A DNA stretch of 64,000 nucleotides from an uncultured bacterium (lineage in GTDB: Bacteria > Acidobacteriota > Thermoanaerobaculia > Multivoradales > JAHZIX01). Position 1 is the stretch's first letter, and every line of letters begins with the position of its first letter. The notes below the pieces were generated by a model that was not told the DNA's origin, did not search any database, and saw only the letters and a list, made by a program, of their open reading frames with translations. Position numbers and translations under genes: made by a program. Positions 28,807-37,474 of this stretch are shown in pieces. The stretch is from positions 96,001 to 160,000 of the forward strand of contig CBDUPA010000011.1 of assembly GCA_965368975.1 (NCBI GenBank), read 5' to 3'.

Positions 28807-28835
28807 AAGGCCCTGAGGTTCCGCCTCGGGGCTTT
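28807..28835 (+). terminator. Probable terminator hairpin downstream of tRNA-Asn
   Basis: AAGGCCCTGAGG-TTCCG-CCTCGGGGCTTT. Confidence 0.55.
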
Positions 28836-28899
28836 CGTGTATCTGGCTCTCCTGGGTCGTTGCCGAGGAGCGCGCTTCACATGCAGAGGAGGATCGGTC

Positions 28900-30159
28900 A
28901 TGCCGCTTTCCGCCGTTCGTCGAGTCACTGCTATTGCCTGGGCAAGCTGCTTCGGAATGCTGCTCAGCCTTGCTCCTGCCCTTGCGGCGCCACCGGCTCC
29001 CGCCAAGGCGGTCGTCTGGACCTCGCAGGGCGCGCCGGCAGCCCTGCCCGGCGTTCTTGGTCTGCAAGTACAGCGTTGGCAGAGCGAGCGTCCCACCCAG
29101 GGTGCAACCGACCGCGTCCAGCTCAACCGTTACTGCCCCGCATCCCCCGACTGGCCCGGCGGCCCTGCGCTGCTCTACCTACCCGGCACCTTCATGAACG
29201 GCCAGGTCGCGCTGACCGACGAGGACTACAACCTCTGGCTGTTCCTAGCTCGCCGCGGCGTCGACGTCTACACCCTCGACTACCGCACCCACTTCCTGCC
29301 GCGCGGCGAAGCCCTCGACGATCCCAGCCAGCTGCGCGCGTGGACCTCCGAAGCCTTCGTCGCCGATGTCACCGCCGCCGCCGACCAGGTGCGCACGATC
29401 AGTGGTCAGAGCCAGATCTTCGTCGCCGGCTTCAGCCGCGGAGTTTTCTACGCCTACGCCTACGCGTCCAGCCACCCGGACCGCGTCGCCGGCGTCGTCG
29501 CGCTCGATGGCTTCTTCAAAGCCCATAAACAACCGCCCAGCCCGGAAGCCGCCGGCTTCCAGCGCGACGCGGTGCTAGCGCAGCTCGAAGCCAGTGGCAA
29601 CTATGCTCAGGATGTCGGTGGCTCGCGCGGCTGGGAAGTGCGCCAGAAGATTTTTCTGCGTGCCGCGGAGGATCCCTCCTTCGAGGCGGTCGAGGACGGC
29701 CGCGACACCGGCCAGGCCGAGAACGTCGGCGAGCAGGTCAAGCTGATGCTGTACCAGACCATGGGCGGTGGTGGTGCCCTCGCCAACGCGCTCGAAGGGT
29801 ACTCGTCGGTGCGCACTCTCTCCCGACTCCTGGCCGATTATGATCGCTACTTTCCGGCCATCCAGGATGTCGAGACCATGTCGCTCGTCCTGCAAGCTGA
29901 CGACCCCCTCACCACCCTGGACGATCACTGGGCGGGCTGCGACGTCCCCGTGCTCTTCGTCGGTTCCGGCAACTTCGGCGCGGATTTCCTGCTCAACGGT
30001 ATCCACTCCGCCGTCCACTGCGGCGGCAACGAGACCGAGATCCGCCTGCTCGAAGAGCAAGGCCACCTGGATGTGCTGGTCGGAGCGCGGGCTGTCGAGG
30101 AAGTCTATATCCCTGTCCTGGAGTGGTTGCGGGGACAAGCGGCGACCACCTCGGAGTAG
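28900..30159 (+). CDS. Exported alpha/beta-hydrolase
   Basis: GAGGAGG RBS; signal peptide; YLPG oxyanion region, GFSRG nucleophile elbow, C-terminal GHLDVL. Confidence 0.8.
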   Translation: MPLSAVRRVTAIAWASCFGMLLSLAPALAAPPAPAKAVVWTSQGAPAALPGVLGLQVQRWQSERPTQGATDRVQLNRYCPASPDWPGGPALLYLPGTFMNGQVALTDEDYNLWLFLARRGVDVYTLDYRTHFLPRGEALDDPSQLRAWTSEAFVADVTAAADQVRTISGQSQIFVAGFSRGVFYAYAYASSHPDRVAGVVALDGFFKAHKQPPSPEAAGFQRDAVLAQLEASGNYAQDVGGSRGWEVRQKIFLRAAEDPSFEAVEDGRDTGQAENVGEQVKLMLYQTMGGGGALANALEGYSSVRTLSRLLADYDRYFPAIQDVETMSLVLQADDPLTTLDDHWAGCDVPVLFVGSGNFGADFLLNGIHSAVHCGGNETEIRLLEEQGHLDVLVGARAVEEVYIPVLEWLRGQAATTSE

Positions 30160-30235
30160 CGTCTCCAGGGGACATCAACCGAGGTGACCTCGGAGGGTTG
30201 TTTGCAGCTGAAAAGGGGGGGTGTGAGAGGGGGAG

Positions 30236-30312
30236 TGGTGCAGCCAGGAGGAGTCGAACCCCCAACCTTCTGATCCGTAGTCAGATGCTCTATCCAGTTG
30301 AGCTATGGCTGC
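30236..30312 (-). tRNA. tRNA-Arg(ACG)
   Basis: GCAGCCA/TGGCTGC acceptor stem + ACCA; TCTGACT-ACG-GATCAGA anticodon arm; GTTCGACTC. Confidence 0.96.
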
Positions 30313-30376
30313 ATTCTCTGTCAAAGCGCCCGAAGGGATCGGGCTGTGGACGGTGTGAGCCGTCCGAGGAACGGAG

Positions 30377-30406
30377 ATTGTAGACGAAGGCGGGGATCGG
30401 GTGCAA
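30377..30406 (-). promoter_or_regulatory. Sigma70 promoter of tRNA-Arg
   Basis: Minus strand TTGCAC, 18 bp, TACAAT. Confidence 0.6.
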
Positions 30407-30427
30407 CCCCTGAGTTTGGAAAAGAAG

Positions 30428-31249
30428 CTACTCGATCAGCCCGCTGAGCGGCGAAGACGCCGACGCGTAGAGCTTCATCGGGATGCGGCCGGCGTGCGCG
30501 GCGAGCCAGCCGGCTTCGACGGCGAGCTTCATCGAATAGGCCATGCGTACCGGATTGTTGGCCAGCGCGATGGCGGTGTTCATCAAGACGCCGTCGGCTC
30601 CCAGTTCCATGGCGATGACAGCGTCGCTCGCGGTGCCGACGCCGGCGTCGACGATCACGGGCACGTTCGCCTGCTCGACAATGATGCGCATGTTGGCGCG
30701 ATTGCGGATACCCATGCCGGAGCCGATCGGGGCACCCAGGGGCATGACGGCGGCGGCGCCGGCTTCTTCCAGGCGCTTGCAGGTGATCGGGTCGTCGCTG
30801 GTGTAGGGCAGCACGACGAAGCCCTCCTTGACCAGGATCTCGGTCGCCTTGAGCAGTTCGAAGTTGTCCGGGAAGAGCGTCTTCTGGTCGCCGATCACTT
30901 CCAACTTGACCCAGTTCCAGCCGCCCAGCTCCCGGGCCAGGCGAGCGGTGCGTACCGCTTCGTCAGCGGTGTAGCAGCCGGCGGTGTTGGGCAGAAGTAG
31001 GTAACGGTCCGGGTCGATGGCCTCGATCATCGAACTCTTGCCACTGTCGTCGAAGCTGACCCGGCGCAACGCGACGGTGATCATCTCCGTGCCGGAGATG
31101 GCGTGCGCCGCTTGCATGACGTCGAGATCCGGGAACTTGCCAGTGCCCAGGATCAGGCGTGAGTGGAAGGTGCGGTCGCCGATGGTCAGTGGTTCGACCT
31201 GGTGTGCGAGTGCGGTTTCGGGGGGCAGCTGGGTATCGGCGGCGGTCAT
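30428..31249 (-). CDS. thiG: Thiazole synthase
   Basis: [54 protein letters not shown]. Confidence 0.97.
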   Translation of the reverse strand: MTAADTQLPPETALAHQVEPLTIGDRTFHSRLILGTGKFPDLDVMQAAHAISGTEMITVALRRVSFDDSGKSSMIEAIDPDRYLLLPNTAGCYTADEAVRTARLARELGGWNWVKLEVIGDQKTLFPDNFELLKATEILVKEGFVVLPYTSDDPITCKRLEEAGAAAVMPLGAPIGSGMGIRNRANMRIIVEQANVPVIVDAGVGTASDAVIAMELGADGVLMNTAIALANNPVRMAYSMKLAVEAGWLAAHAGRIPMKLYASASSPLSGLIE

Positions 31250-31343
31250 GAGTCTTCCTAAGGGGTACTTGGTAGGTGGATGCGGACAGGGTGCGGCATA
31301 TCACCGGGGTGCTTCATCGAAGGGCTGGCCACGGAAGCACGTA

Positions 31344-32021
31344 TCAGCGAACCACATAGTACTGCGTGCCCTTGATCGGCCGAGACAGCTGTTGCAGCAG
31401 CTGCTCGAAGTCTTCCTCGCGGTCCGGGAAGTTGAGGCTGCGCGTGTCGACCACCAGGAGCGGCGATTGCTCGTAGTAATGGTAGTAGTGGTTGTAGGCG
31501 TCGATCAGCTCGCGCAGGTAGTCCTTGGACATGGCGCGCTCGGCGTCGCGGGCGCGGCGACGAATACGGTCCATACAGGTTTCGAGGTCGGCGACCAGGT
31601 AGAGCACCAAGTCGGGTACTGGTATCTGCGGCTGTAGCAGGTTGTACAGCTTGTCGAACAGCATCAGCTCGTCGTCGGTGAGATTCAGGTAGGCGAAGAT
31701 GCGGTTCTTCTGGAACGTGTAGTCGGTGACCATCAGGCGGTCGAACAGACTCATCTGCGCTGCAGCCTGCTGCTGCTTGTAGCGCGACAGCAGGAAGTAG
31801 AGTTCGGTCTGGAAGGCGGCGCCGGGGCGGTCCTTGTAGAAGCGCTCGAGAAAAGGATTGTCGACATCCTCGAGCACCTTTACGCCTTCATAGCGACGGG
31901 TCAGCATTTCTACCAGGGTCGTCTTGCCGACACCGATCGGTCCGTCGACCGCGATGTGCCGGTACGGCAGCGATGCGGACATTGTGCTCTCGGATGCAGG
32001 TGGCTTGCTGCTACCGCTCAA
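31344..32021 (-). CDS. Deoxynucleoside kinase (Dck/Dgk family)
   Basis: P-loop GPIGVGKTT, NPFLERFY, FLLSRYKQ, PDLVLYL, lid RIRRRAR; alternative ATG at 31982. Confidence 0.9.
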   Translation of the reverse strand: MSGSSKPPASESTMSASLPYRHIAVDGPIGVGKTTLVEMLTRRYEGVKVLEDVDNPFLERFYKDRPGAAFQTELYFLLSRYKQQQAAAQMSLFDRLMVTDYTFQKNRIFAYLNLTDDELMLFDKLYNLLQPQIPVPDLVLYLVADLETCMDRIRRRARDAERAMSKDYLRELIDAYNHYYHYYEQSPLLVVDTRSLNFPDREEDFEQLLQQLSRPIKGTQYYVVR

Positions 32022-32214
32022 GGGCGACTCCCGCGGCGCGCTCGGACCGCGCTGTGTTGGTGCATTGCGGTAGGTTGCCGGATCGAGTTTCCGGAGGTCG
32101 AAGCAGAGGTCTCGGCGGCCAGTGTCATCCCGGCGGCAGTATAGTGTGGATGCGGCTATAATTCATCCCGCATATCTAACTGGTCGAGTCGCTGCGCGGC
32201 AAGGAGGAATCGAA

Positions 32215-33609
32215 GTGAGCCCCTGGTGGAAACGCCCAACGTCGGACGGGAATGAGAGCGAGGTCGAGGAGTCGAGAGCGCCAGTAGCTCCGGCCAAGGT
32301 GTCCGAAGAAAGGGCGAAGGCGTCCGAGGACAAAGAATCGTCTCCGGCGCCGTCGCGCCGCGCGGACTCACTGCTGGTAGAAGCGCAGGAAATGACTCCG
32401 CCCAGGAGGTCGTCGCCAAAGTCTGCCGACAAGCAGCCTGCGGCGGAGAAGGTGAAGCCCGAACCTGGAAAGACTGCGCCAGCGCAGGCCAAGACCGTCT
32501 CGGCTGAGAGCAAGGCCACGACGCCGGAGGCCAAGCCGACGGTGGCGGAAGGCGGTGGCTCGCGCAGCAGGGAACGTCCGTCGCGCGCGGACGACGATGG
32601 CGGCCGCCCACGTCGCAGCCGCGGAGGTCGCCGCCGTGGCGCGGATCGCTCGGCTGACCCTGCGGAAGCCGAAGCACCGCCCGCCCCGGTGGCCGAAGCG
32701 CCACCGTCAGCGCCGCCGTCTTCAGCATCGCCGGCTTCATCGCTTCCAGTCCTAGCTCCGCTGGCCGGTGCTGCCACTGGCGGCTCGGGCGAACTCGAGT
32801 CGCTGCTGCGCGAAGTGCTGCAAGGGGCTCTAGGACCGGACCGCGAGCTGTCGATCAGCGCCGAGCGCAAGATCGCGCTGTTCTGTGACTTCGAGAATAT
32901 CGCGCTGGGCGTGCGCGACTCATCAGTCAGCAAGTTTGACATCGCGGTGATTCTCAAGCGGCTGGTGGAGAAGGGGAAGATCATCGTCAAGAAGGCGTAT
33001 GCCGACTGGGATCGCTACAGCGAGTACAAGCAGACGCTGCACGAGGCCGGTATCGAGCTGATCGACATCCCGCAGAAGCGCTATTCGGGCAAGAACAGCG
33101 CCGACATCAAGATGGTGGTCGATGCCATGGATCTGTGCTACTCGAAGGAGCACCTGGACACCTTCGTGGTGATGTCCGGCGACAGCGATTTCTCGCCGCT
33201 GGTCGGCAAGCTCAAGGAGAACAACAAGTACGTCATCGGCGTCGGCGTCCAGGACTCGTCGTCGGCTCTGCTGGTCGACAATTGCGACGAGTTCCTTTTC
33301 TATGAGGATCTCTGGCGCGACTCCCAGAAGGCCCCACGCATGGATGGCTTGACGCCGAAGGACCAGGAAGTCTTCGGCTTGATGAGCGACGCGATCCTGG
33401 CGCTGATCCGTGACAACAAGGATGTGCTGTGGGGATCGATGATCAAGCAGACCATGCAGCGCAAGATGCCCTCCTTCAACGAGGGCTACTACGGTTACAG
33501 CACCTTTTCCGAGCTGCTGGAGGATGCTGAACGCAAGAAGGTCATCCGACTGAAGAAGGATCAGCGGTCCGGAAGCTACATCGTCGCGGGCTTCGCCATG
33601 CGGCCTTGA
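32215..33609 (+). CDS. NYN (LabA-like PIN) domain + OST-HTH/LOTUS protein with long disordered N-terminus
   Basis: AAGGAGG RBS before GTG 32215; ALFCDFEN, KAYADW, GKNSADIKMVVDAMD, SGDSDFSPL, CDEF; C-terminal PSFNEGYYGYSTFSELL. Confidence 0.9.
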   Translation: MSPWWKRPTSDGNESEVEESRAPVAPAKVSEERAKASEDKESSPAPSRRADSLLVEAQEMTPPRRSSPKSADKQPAAEKVKPEPGKTAPAQAKTVSAESKATTPEAKPTVAEGGGSRSRERPSRADDDGGRPRRSRGGRRRGADRSADPAEAEAPPAPVAEAPPSAPPSSASPASSLPVLAPLAGAATGGSGELESLLREVLQGALGPDRELSISAERKIALFCDFENIALGVRDSSVSKFDIAVILKRLVEKGKIIVKKAYADWDRYSEYKQTLHEAGIELIDIPQKRYSGKNSADIKMVVDAMDLCYSKEHLDTFVVMSGDSDFSPLVGKLKENNKYVIGVGVQDSSSALLVDNCDEFLFYEDLWRDSQKAPRMDGLTPKDQEVFGLMSDAILALIRDNKDVLWGSMIKQTMQRKMPSFNEGYYGYSTFSELLEDAERKKVIRLKKDQRSGSYIVAGFAMRP

Positions 33610-33634
33610 GCTGCGAATTCTCGGTGCCCTTGTT

Positions 33635-35131
33635 GTGAGCACTCCCACTTCCAACCCATCCAGTCTCGGGCCGAATAGCCCCAAGCAACTGGGACGCTTC
33701 CAGATTCTGCGCGTTCTGGGCAGGGGGGCCATGGGGACTGTCTATCTGGCGCTCGATCGTCTCATCGAGCGCCAGGTGGCGATCAAGGAAATCAAGGTCG
33801 ACGAGGATCTCTCGGACGCCGAACGCAAGGAGCTACGGGGTCGTTTCGAGACCGAGTTCCGCACCGCCGGTAAACTGTCGCATCCCAACGTCGCCACGGT
33901 CTTCGACGTCGGTCAAGGCAGCGGCACGTACTTCATCGCCATGGAGTACGTACCGGGCACGAGCTTGGGCCAGCGGCTGCGTCAAGAGCCCGCGCTGACC
34001 ATGGCGGAGATCTTGCGCCTGACCGAGCAGATCGCTGACGGCCTCGATCATGCGCATGCGCACGGTATCGTGCATCGCGACGTCAAGCCGGCCAACGTGC
34101 TGTTGACTGGGGATGGTCGCGTCAAGGTGGTCGACTTCGGCATCGCCAAGGTGTCGACCTCCAACCTGACCGTCACCGGTACGGTCCTTGGCACGCCTGC
34201 TTACATGTCGCCGGAGCAGGTGGCCGGTAAGCAGGTGACCGGCAAGAGTGACCAATTCTCGCTCGCGGTCATGCTCTATCGCATGCTCACCGGTGAACAG
34301 CCGTTCCGTGGCGACAATCCCTCGAGCGTCTTGTATCAGATCGTCCACGACACGCCGGAACCGACGCACCAGCACAATCCGAACCTGCCCAAAGCGGTCA
34401 ACGCGGTTCTGCTGCGCGGCATGGCCAAGGCACCGAGCGACCGCTTCGACAATTGCCGAGCGCTGGTGGTGGCACTTGCCGATGCGCTCGGCTCACCCTT
34501 GGCGTCCAGGCCGGAAGCGGCGCAAGCCAAGGAGTACGACAACGAGCCGACCTCGCGCATGGACTTGCCGCTACGCCCGCGCCGCCGCGTGTGGGTGGGA
34601 ATCGCGGCGGTGCTGCTGCTGTTGCTGGCAGTGTGGGCCGGGCTAGCGTGGTTCGGCCCGCCGGGCGGCGATGCCCGCGAGAGCCGGGCGACCGCGACCG
34701 GAATCCGTGTTCAAGCCGAGTACGACGTGACCGTGCGGGCCGCGGGGAAGACCTTCGGTCCCGGTCGCAATCCGGTCGTCGAGCTGCCGCCCGGCGAGCA
34801 CAACATCCAGCTGGAGGCGAGCGATGTGTTCCTCAAGGAGACCTTCACGGTACGCGTTGGCGAAGGCCCCCTAGCCTTGTTCCCCGCGCCACCGCTGGTC
34901 GACATCCTGATCGAGACCGATCCCGCGGGCGCCCGAGTGGGCATTGAAGACAATAACCTGGGGCCGGCCCCTCTCAGCCTACGGGTGGTCGAAGGCGAGC
35001 ACTTCCTCAGCTTCTTCTGGTCGGAGTCGGAGACAACGGAGACCTACACATGGAAGGTTTCGAGTCAGTCCAGACATCTCTTGATGACGCCGGACGGTCC
35101 CTTGGGCGACGGCGGCTCCGGTCAGCCCTGA
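33635..35131 (+). CDS. Second membrane Ser/Thr protein kinase with PEGA-like domain (paralog of 235..2331)
   Basis: GRGAMG, HRDVKPAN, DFG, GTPAYMSPE; TM helix; TDPAGARVGIED. Confidence 0.92.
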   Translation: MSTPTSNPSSLGPNSPKQLGRFQILRVLGRGAMGTVYLALDRLIERQVAIKEIKVDEDLSDAERKELRGRFETEFRTAGKLSHPNVATVFDVGQGSGTYFIAMEYVPGTSLGQRLRQEPALTMAEILRLTEQIADGLDHAHAHGIVHRDVKPANVLLTGDGRVKVVDFGIAKVSTSNLTVTGTVLGTPAYMSPEQVAGKQVTGKSDQFSLAVMLYRMLTGEQPFRGDNPSSVLYQIVHDTPEPTHQHNPNLPKAVNAVLLRGMAKAPSDRFDNCRALVVALADALGSPLASRPEAAQAKEYDNEPTSRMDLPLRPRRRVWVGIAAVLLLLLAVWAGLAWFGPPGGDARESRATATGIRVQAEYDVTVRAAGKTFGPGRNPVVELPPGEHNIQLEASDVFLKETFTVRVGEGPLALFPAPPLVDILIETDPAGARVGIEDNNLGPAPLSLRVVEGEHFLSFFWSESETTETYTWKVSSQSRHLLMTPDGPLGDGGSGQP

Positions 35132-36357
35132 GGTTTCTGTTTGCCACCACACTGCTGAGCACCTGCGGACTGGCGCTACTCGCACAGCCGCTACTCGCAC
35201 AGCCGCCCGTGGTCGACGCTACGTCGTCCACCACGCCGCCGTTGGTCACAAACGGGGATTCCGCCTCGCTGCCGCGCAGTCCGTCCGTGGTGCGCGTGCG
35301 CAAGCTGATCCCTGGCGGGGGGCGGCTGGACTGGTCGGTGCAGGGCGACAGCATCGTCTATGACCGGCGCGGCGGAGACGGTTTCTATGATCTCTACCTG
35401 ACCGATCCAGACGGGGCCTCCGAGCGCTGCCTGACCTGCCCGTTGCTCGAATTCCGTAGCGCCCACGCCTACGCTCCCGCCTGGCATCCTTCCGGGGACT
35501 GGATCGCTTTCCTGGCACAGCCGCGTGCATCGCGCCTGGATCTGGACACGGTGCGCATGGCGTCGCCGGATCGCGGGTTGCACGCCGAGTTGTGGGTGAT
35601 CAGCCGCGACGGTAAGGGATTCTTTCAGCTCGGCCCCGGTCGTGAACGGGGTACCGCGGTGCTCGATGCTCATTTCTCGCACGAGGGAGGGCACCTGGCC
35701 TGGAGTGAGCGAGCGTCCAGTTCTCAAGGGGCCTGGAGCGACTGGGTGGTGCGCGTCGCGGAATTCCGCAATCGCAGCGTTCCCCGGCTGGTCGATGTCG
35801 AGACGCACGAACCGCCGCGCCGCACCTTCCTGCAGGTACTCGATTTCAGCTCCGATGATCGTGCTCTGCTGGTGGCCGGCGGTCTGGACGGGCAGTCGGC
35901 TGCCTTCGTCGACCTCTACTTGATGCCGCTGGCGGGTGATCGGCCCCAGTCGCGCCAGTCCCAGGCGCGCCAGCCCCAGGCGCTGACCCGGGCGACCGGC
36001 GAGGCCAACACGGCCGCCCGTATTTCACCACGCGGCGATGTGATCGCCTGGGCGTCGACACGCAACCAGCGCCGCGTCGGTGGCGCGGCCACGCGTGGCC
36101 TGCCGCTGCAGCCGCGGGATCTCTGGTTGCGCGCCCTGGACACCAGCGCCGCCGCGGGCACTCATTTCGCCAGTGCCGAGCGTCTCACGTACTTCAATGA
36201 TCCAGCGGCGCCCGAAGCCGTCGGCGGTGCCGCGGTGGCGGATGTCGCCTGGTCGCCAGACGGTCGGGTACTAGCGGTGCAGGTGGTCTCACAACTGCGG
36301 CGTGGGGGCCAGGAAGCGATTTATTTGGTGGAGCTTGCCCCCGAACTCGGCCGCTAG
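35050..36357 (+). CDS. Exported TolB-like (PD40/WD40) beta-propeller protein
   Basis: PAWHPSGDWIAF, FSHEG, FSSDD, ISPRG, AWSPDG repeats; start uncertain (overlaps kinase 3' end). Confidence 0.72.
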   Translation: MEGFESVQTSLDDAGRSLGRRRLRSALRFLFATTLLSTCGLALLAQPLLAQPPVVDATSSTTPPLVTNGDSASLPRSPSVVRVRKLIPGGGRLDWSVQGDSIVYDRRGGDGFYDLYLTDPDGASERCLTCPLLEFRSAHAYAPAWHPSGDWIAFLAQPRASRLDLDTVRMASPDRGLHAELWVISRDGKGFFQLGPGRERGTAVLDAHFSHEGGHLAWSERASSSQGAWSDWVVRVAEFRNRSVPRLVDVETHEPPRRTFLQVLDFSSDDRALLVAGGLDGQSAAFVDLYLMPLAGDRPQSRQSQARQPQALTRATGEANTAARISPRGDVIAWASTRNQRRVGGAATRGLPLQPRDLWLRALDTSAAAGTHFASAERLTYFNDPAAPEAVGGAAVADVAWSPDGRVLAVQVVSQLRRGGQEAIYLVELAPELGR

Positions 36358-36416
36358 CGTGGAGACCATCCGCCCGAGGCTTGCGACGCCAGCAGCGAAG
36401 CGAGTATCCTCATGCC

Positions 36417-37268
36417 GTGTTGGACTTACTCGCGTCGCCCGAAGCCTGGATCAGTCTGATCACACTCGCTGCCCTGGAAATCGTTCTGGGCATCGACAAC
36501 ATCGTCTTCATTACGATCCTTGCGGCCAAACTACCGCAAGAACAGCAGCTGAAGGCTCGGCGCATCGGATTGCTGGTTGCCCTGGTCTCGAGGCTGGCAC
36601 TGCTCGCTTCTTTGAACTGGGTCATCGGCTTGACGGCGCCGCTGTTCAACGTTCTCGGACACGAGATCTCGGGCCGCGATCTGATCTTGCTCAGTGGCGG
36701 CTTGTTCCTGATCGCCAAAGCCACCTACGAGATCTACGACAAGGTCGAGGCAGCACATCCCGGTGTCGGCGACGCGGGTGCGATCGCTGGCAAGGCTGTT
36801 TCGATGGGGTCGATCCTGTTTCAGATCATGCTGCTAGACCTGGTCTTCTCGCTCGACTCGGTCATTACTGCGGTCGGCATGGCGCAGCACCTTTCGATCA
36901 TGGCAACCGCCGTCATTCTGGCGGTCATCGTGATGTTGATCTTTGCGGGACCGATCGGCGATTTCGTCGAGCGCCATCCGAGCATCAAGATCCTGGCCCT
37001 GTCCTTCCTGGTGATGATCGGTGTCCTGTTGGTCGCCGAGGGTACCGGGCAACATCTCAGCAAGGGCTACGTCTACTTCGGTATGGCCTTCTCTCTGTTC
37101 ATCGAGTTGCTCAACATGCGCTATCGGGCACGGCAACAGCGTCTGCAAGCGGCCAAGTCCGCCGTCAGCCGCCAGACCCAGAACGATTCACAACCAAGAG
37201 ATTCACACAATCTGGATTCGAAGCAGGGCTCTCCGGCCACCGAGGCCGGAGCAGGAGAGTCGAGGTGA
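36417..37268 (+). CDS. TerC-family integral membrane protein
   Basis: LEIVLGIDNIVFI, GGLFLIAKAT.EI, DLVFSLDSVITAVGM, KGYVYFGMAFS. Confidence 0.93.
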   Translation: MLDLLASPEAWISLITLAALEIVLGIDNIVFITILAAKLPQEQQLKARRIGLLVALVSRLALLASLNWVIGLTAPLFNVLGHEISGRDLILLSGGLFLIAKATYEIYDKVEAAHPGVGDAGAIAGKAVSMGSILFQIMLLDLVFSLDSVITAVGMAQHLSIMATAVILAVIVMLIFAGPIGDFVERHPSIKILALSFLVMIGVLLVAEGTGQHLSKGYVYFGMAFSLFIELLNMRYRARQQRLQAAKSAVSRQTQNDSQPRDSHNLDSKQGSPATEAGAGESR

Positions 37269-37474
37269 GGCACGGCGCTCGCGCGTCCAGCCCTCAGCCC
37301 TCCTCTTCGTCCCTGTCCCTGACAAGCTTCCCTCACCCTAGTACCACTCAGCCTGCATCCGACACCTCTTTCCGGTGGCCGCTATGCGTACCACTGGGCT
37401 CGGTGACCGGACCAGCCCGCGTGTACTAGGAAGTGAAGCGACAAACGCTTCCGACTTAGACAAGGAAACCAACC

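Noticed and set aside
28707-28835. Named ncRNA (6S or similar) downstream of tRNA-Asn
   Set aside because: Two small hairpins are visible but no recognisable family features; treated as trailer and terminator
28707-30235. Integrated element between convergent tRNA-Asn and tRNA-Arg
   Set aside because: No integrase and no duplicated tRNA 3' end; only an 8-bp ACCGAGGT match (28776, 30178), attributable to chance
31250-31343. TPP riboswitch upstream of thiG
   Set aside because: No CTGAGA or other TPP core motifs on the minus strand; only a simple GTGCTTC/GAAGCAC inverted repeat
36358-36416. yybP-ykoY (Mn) riboswitch before the TerC gene
   Set aside because: The gap is under 60 nt and has no recognisable motif
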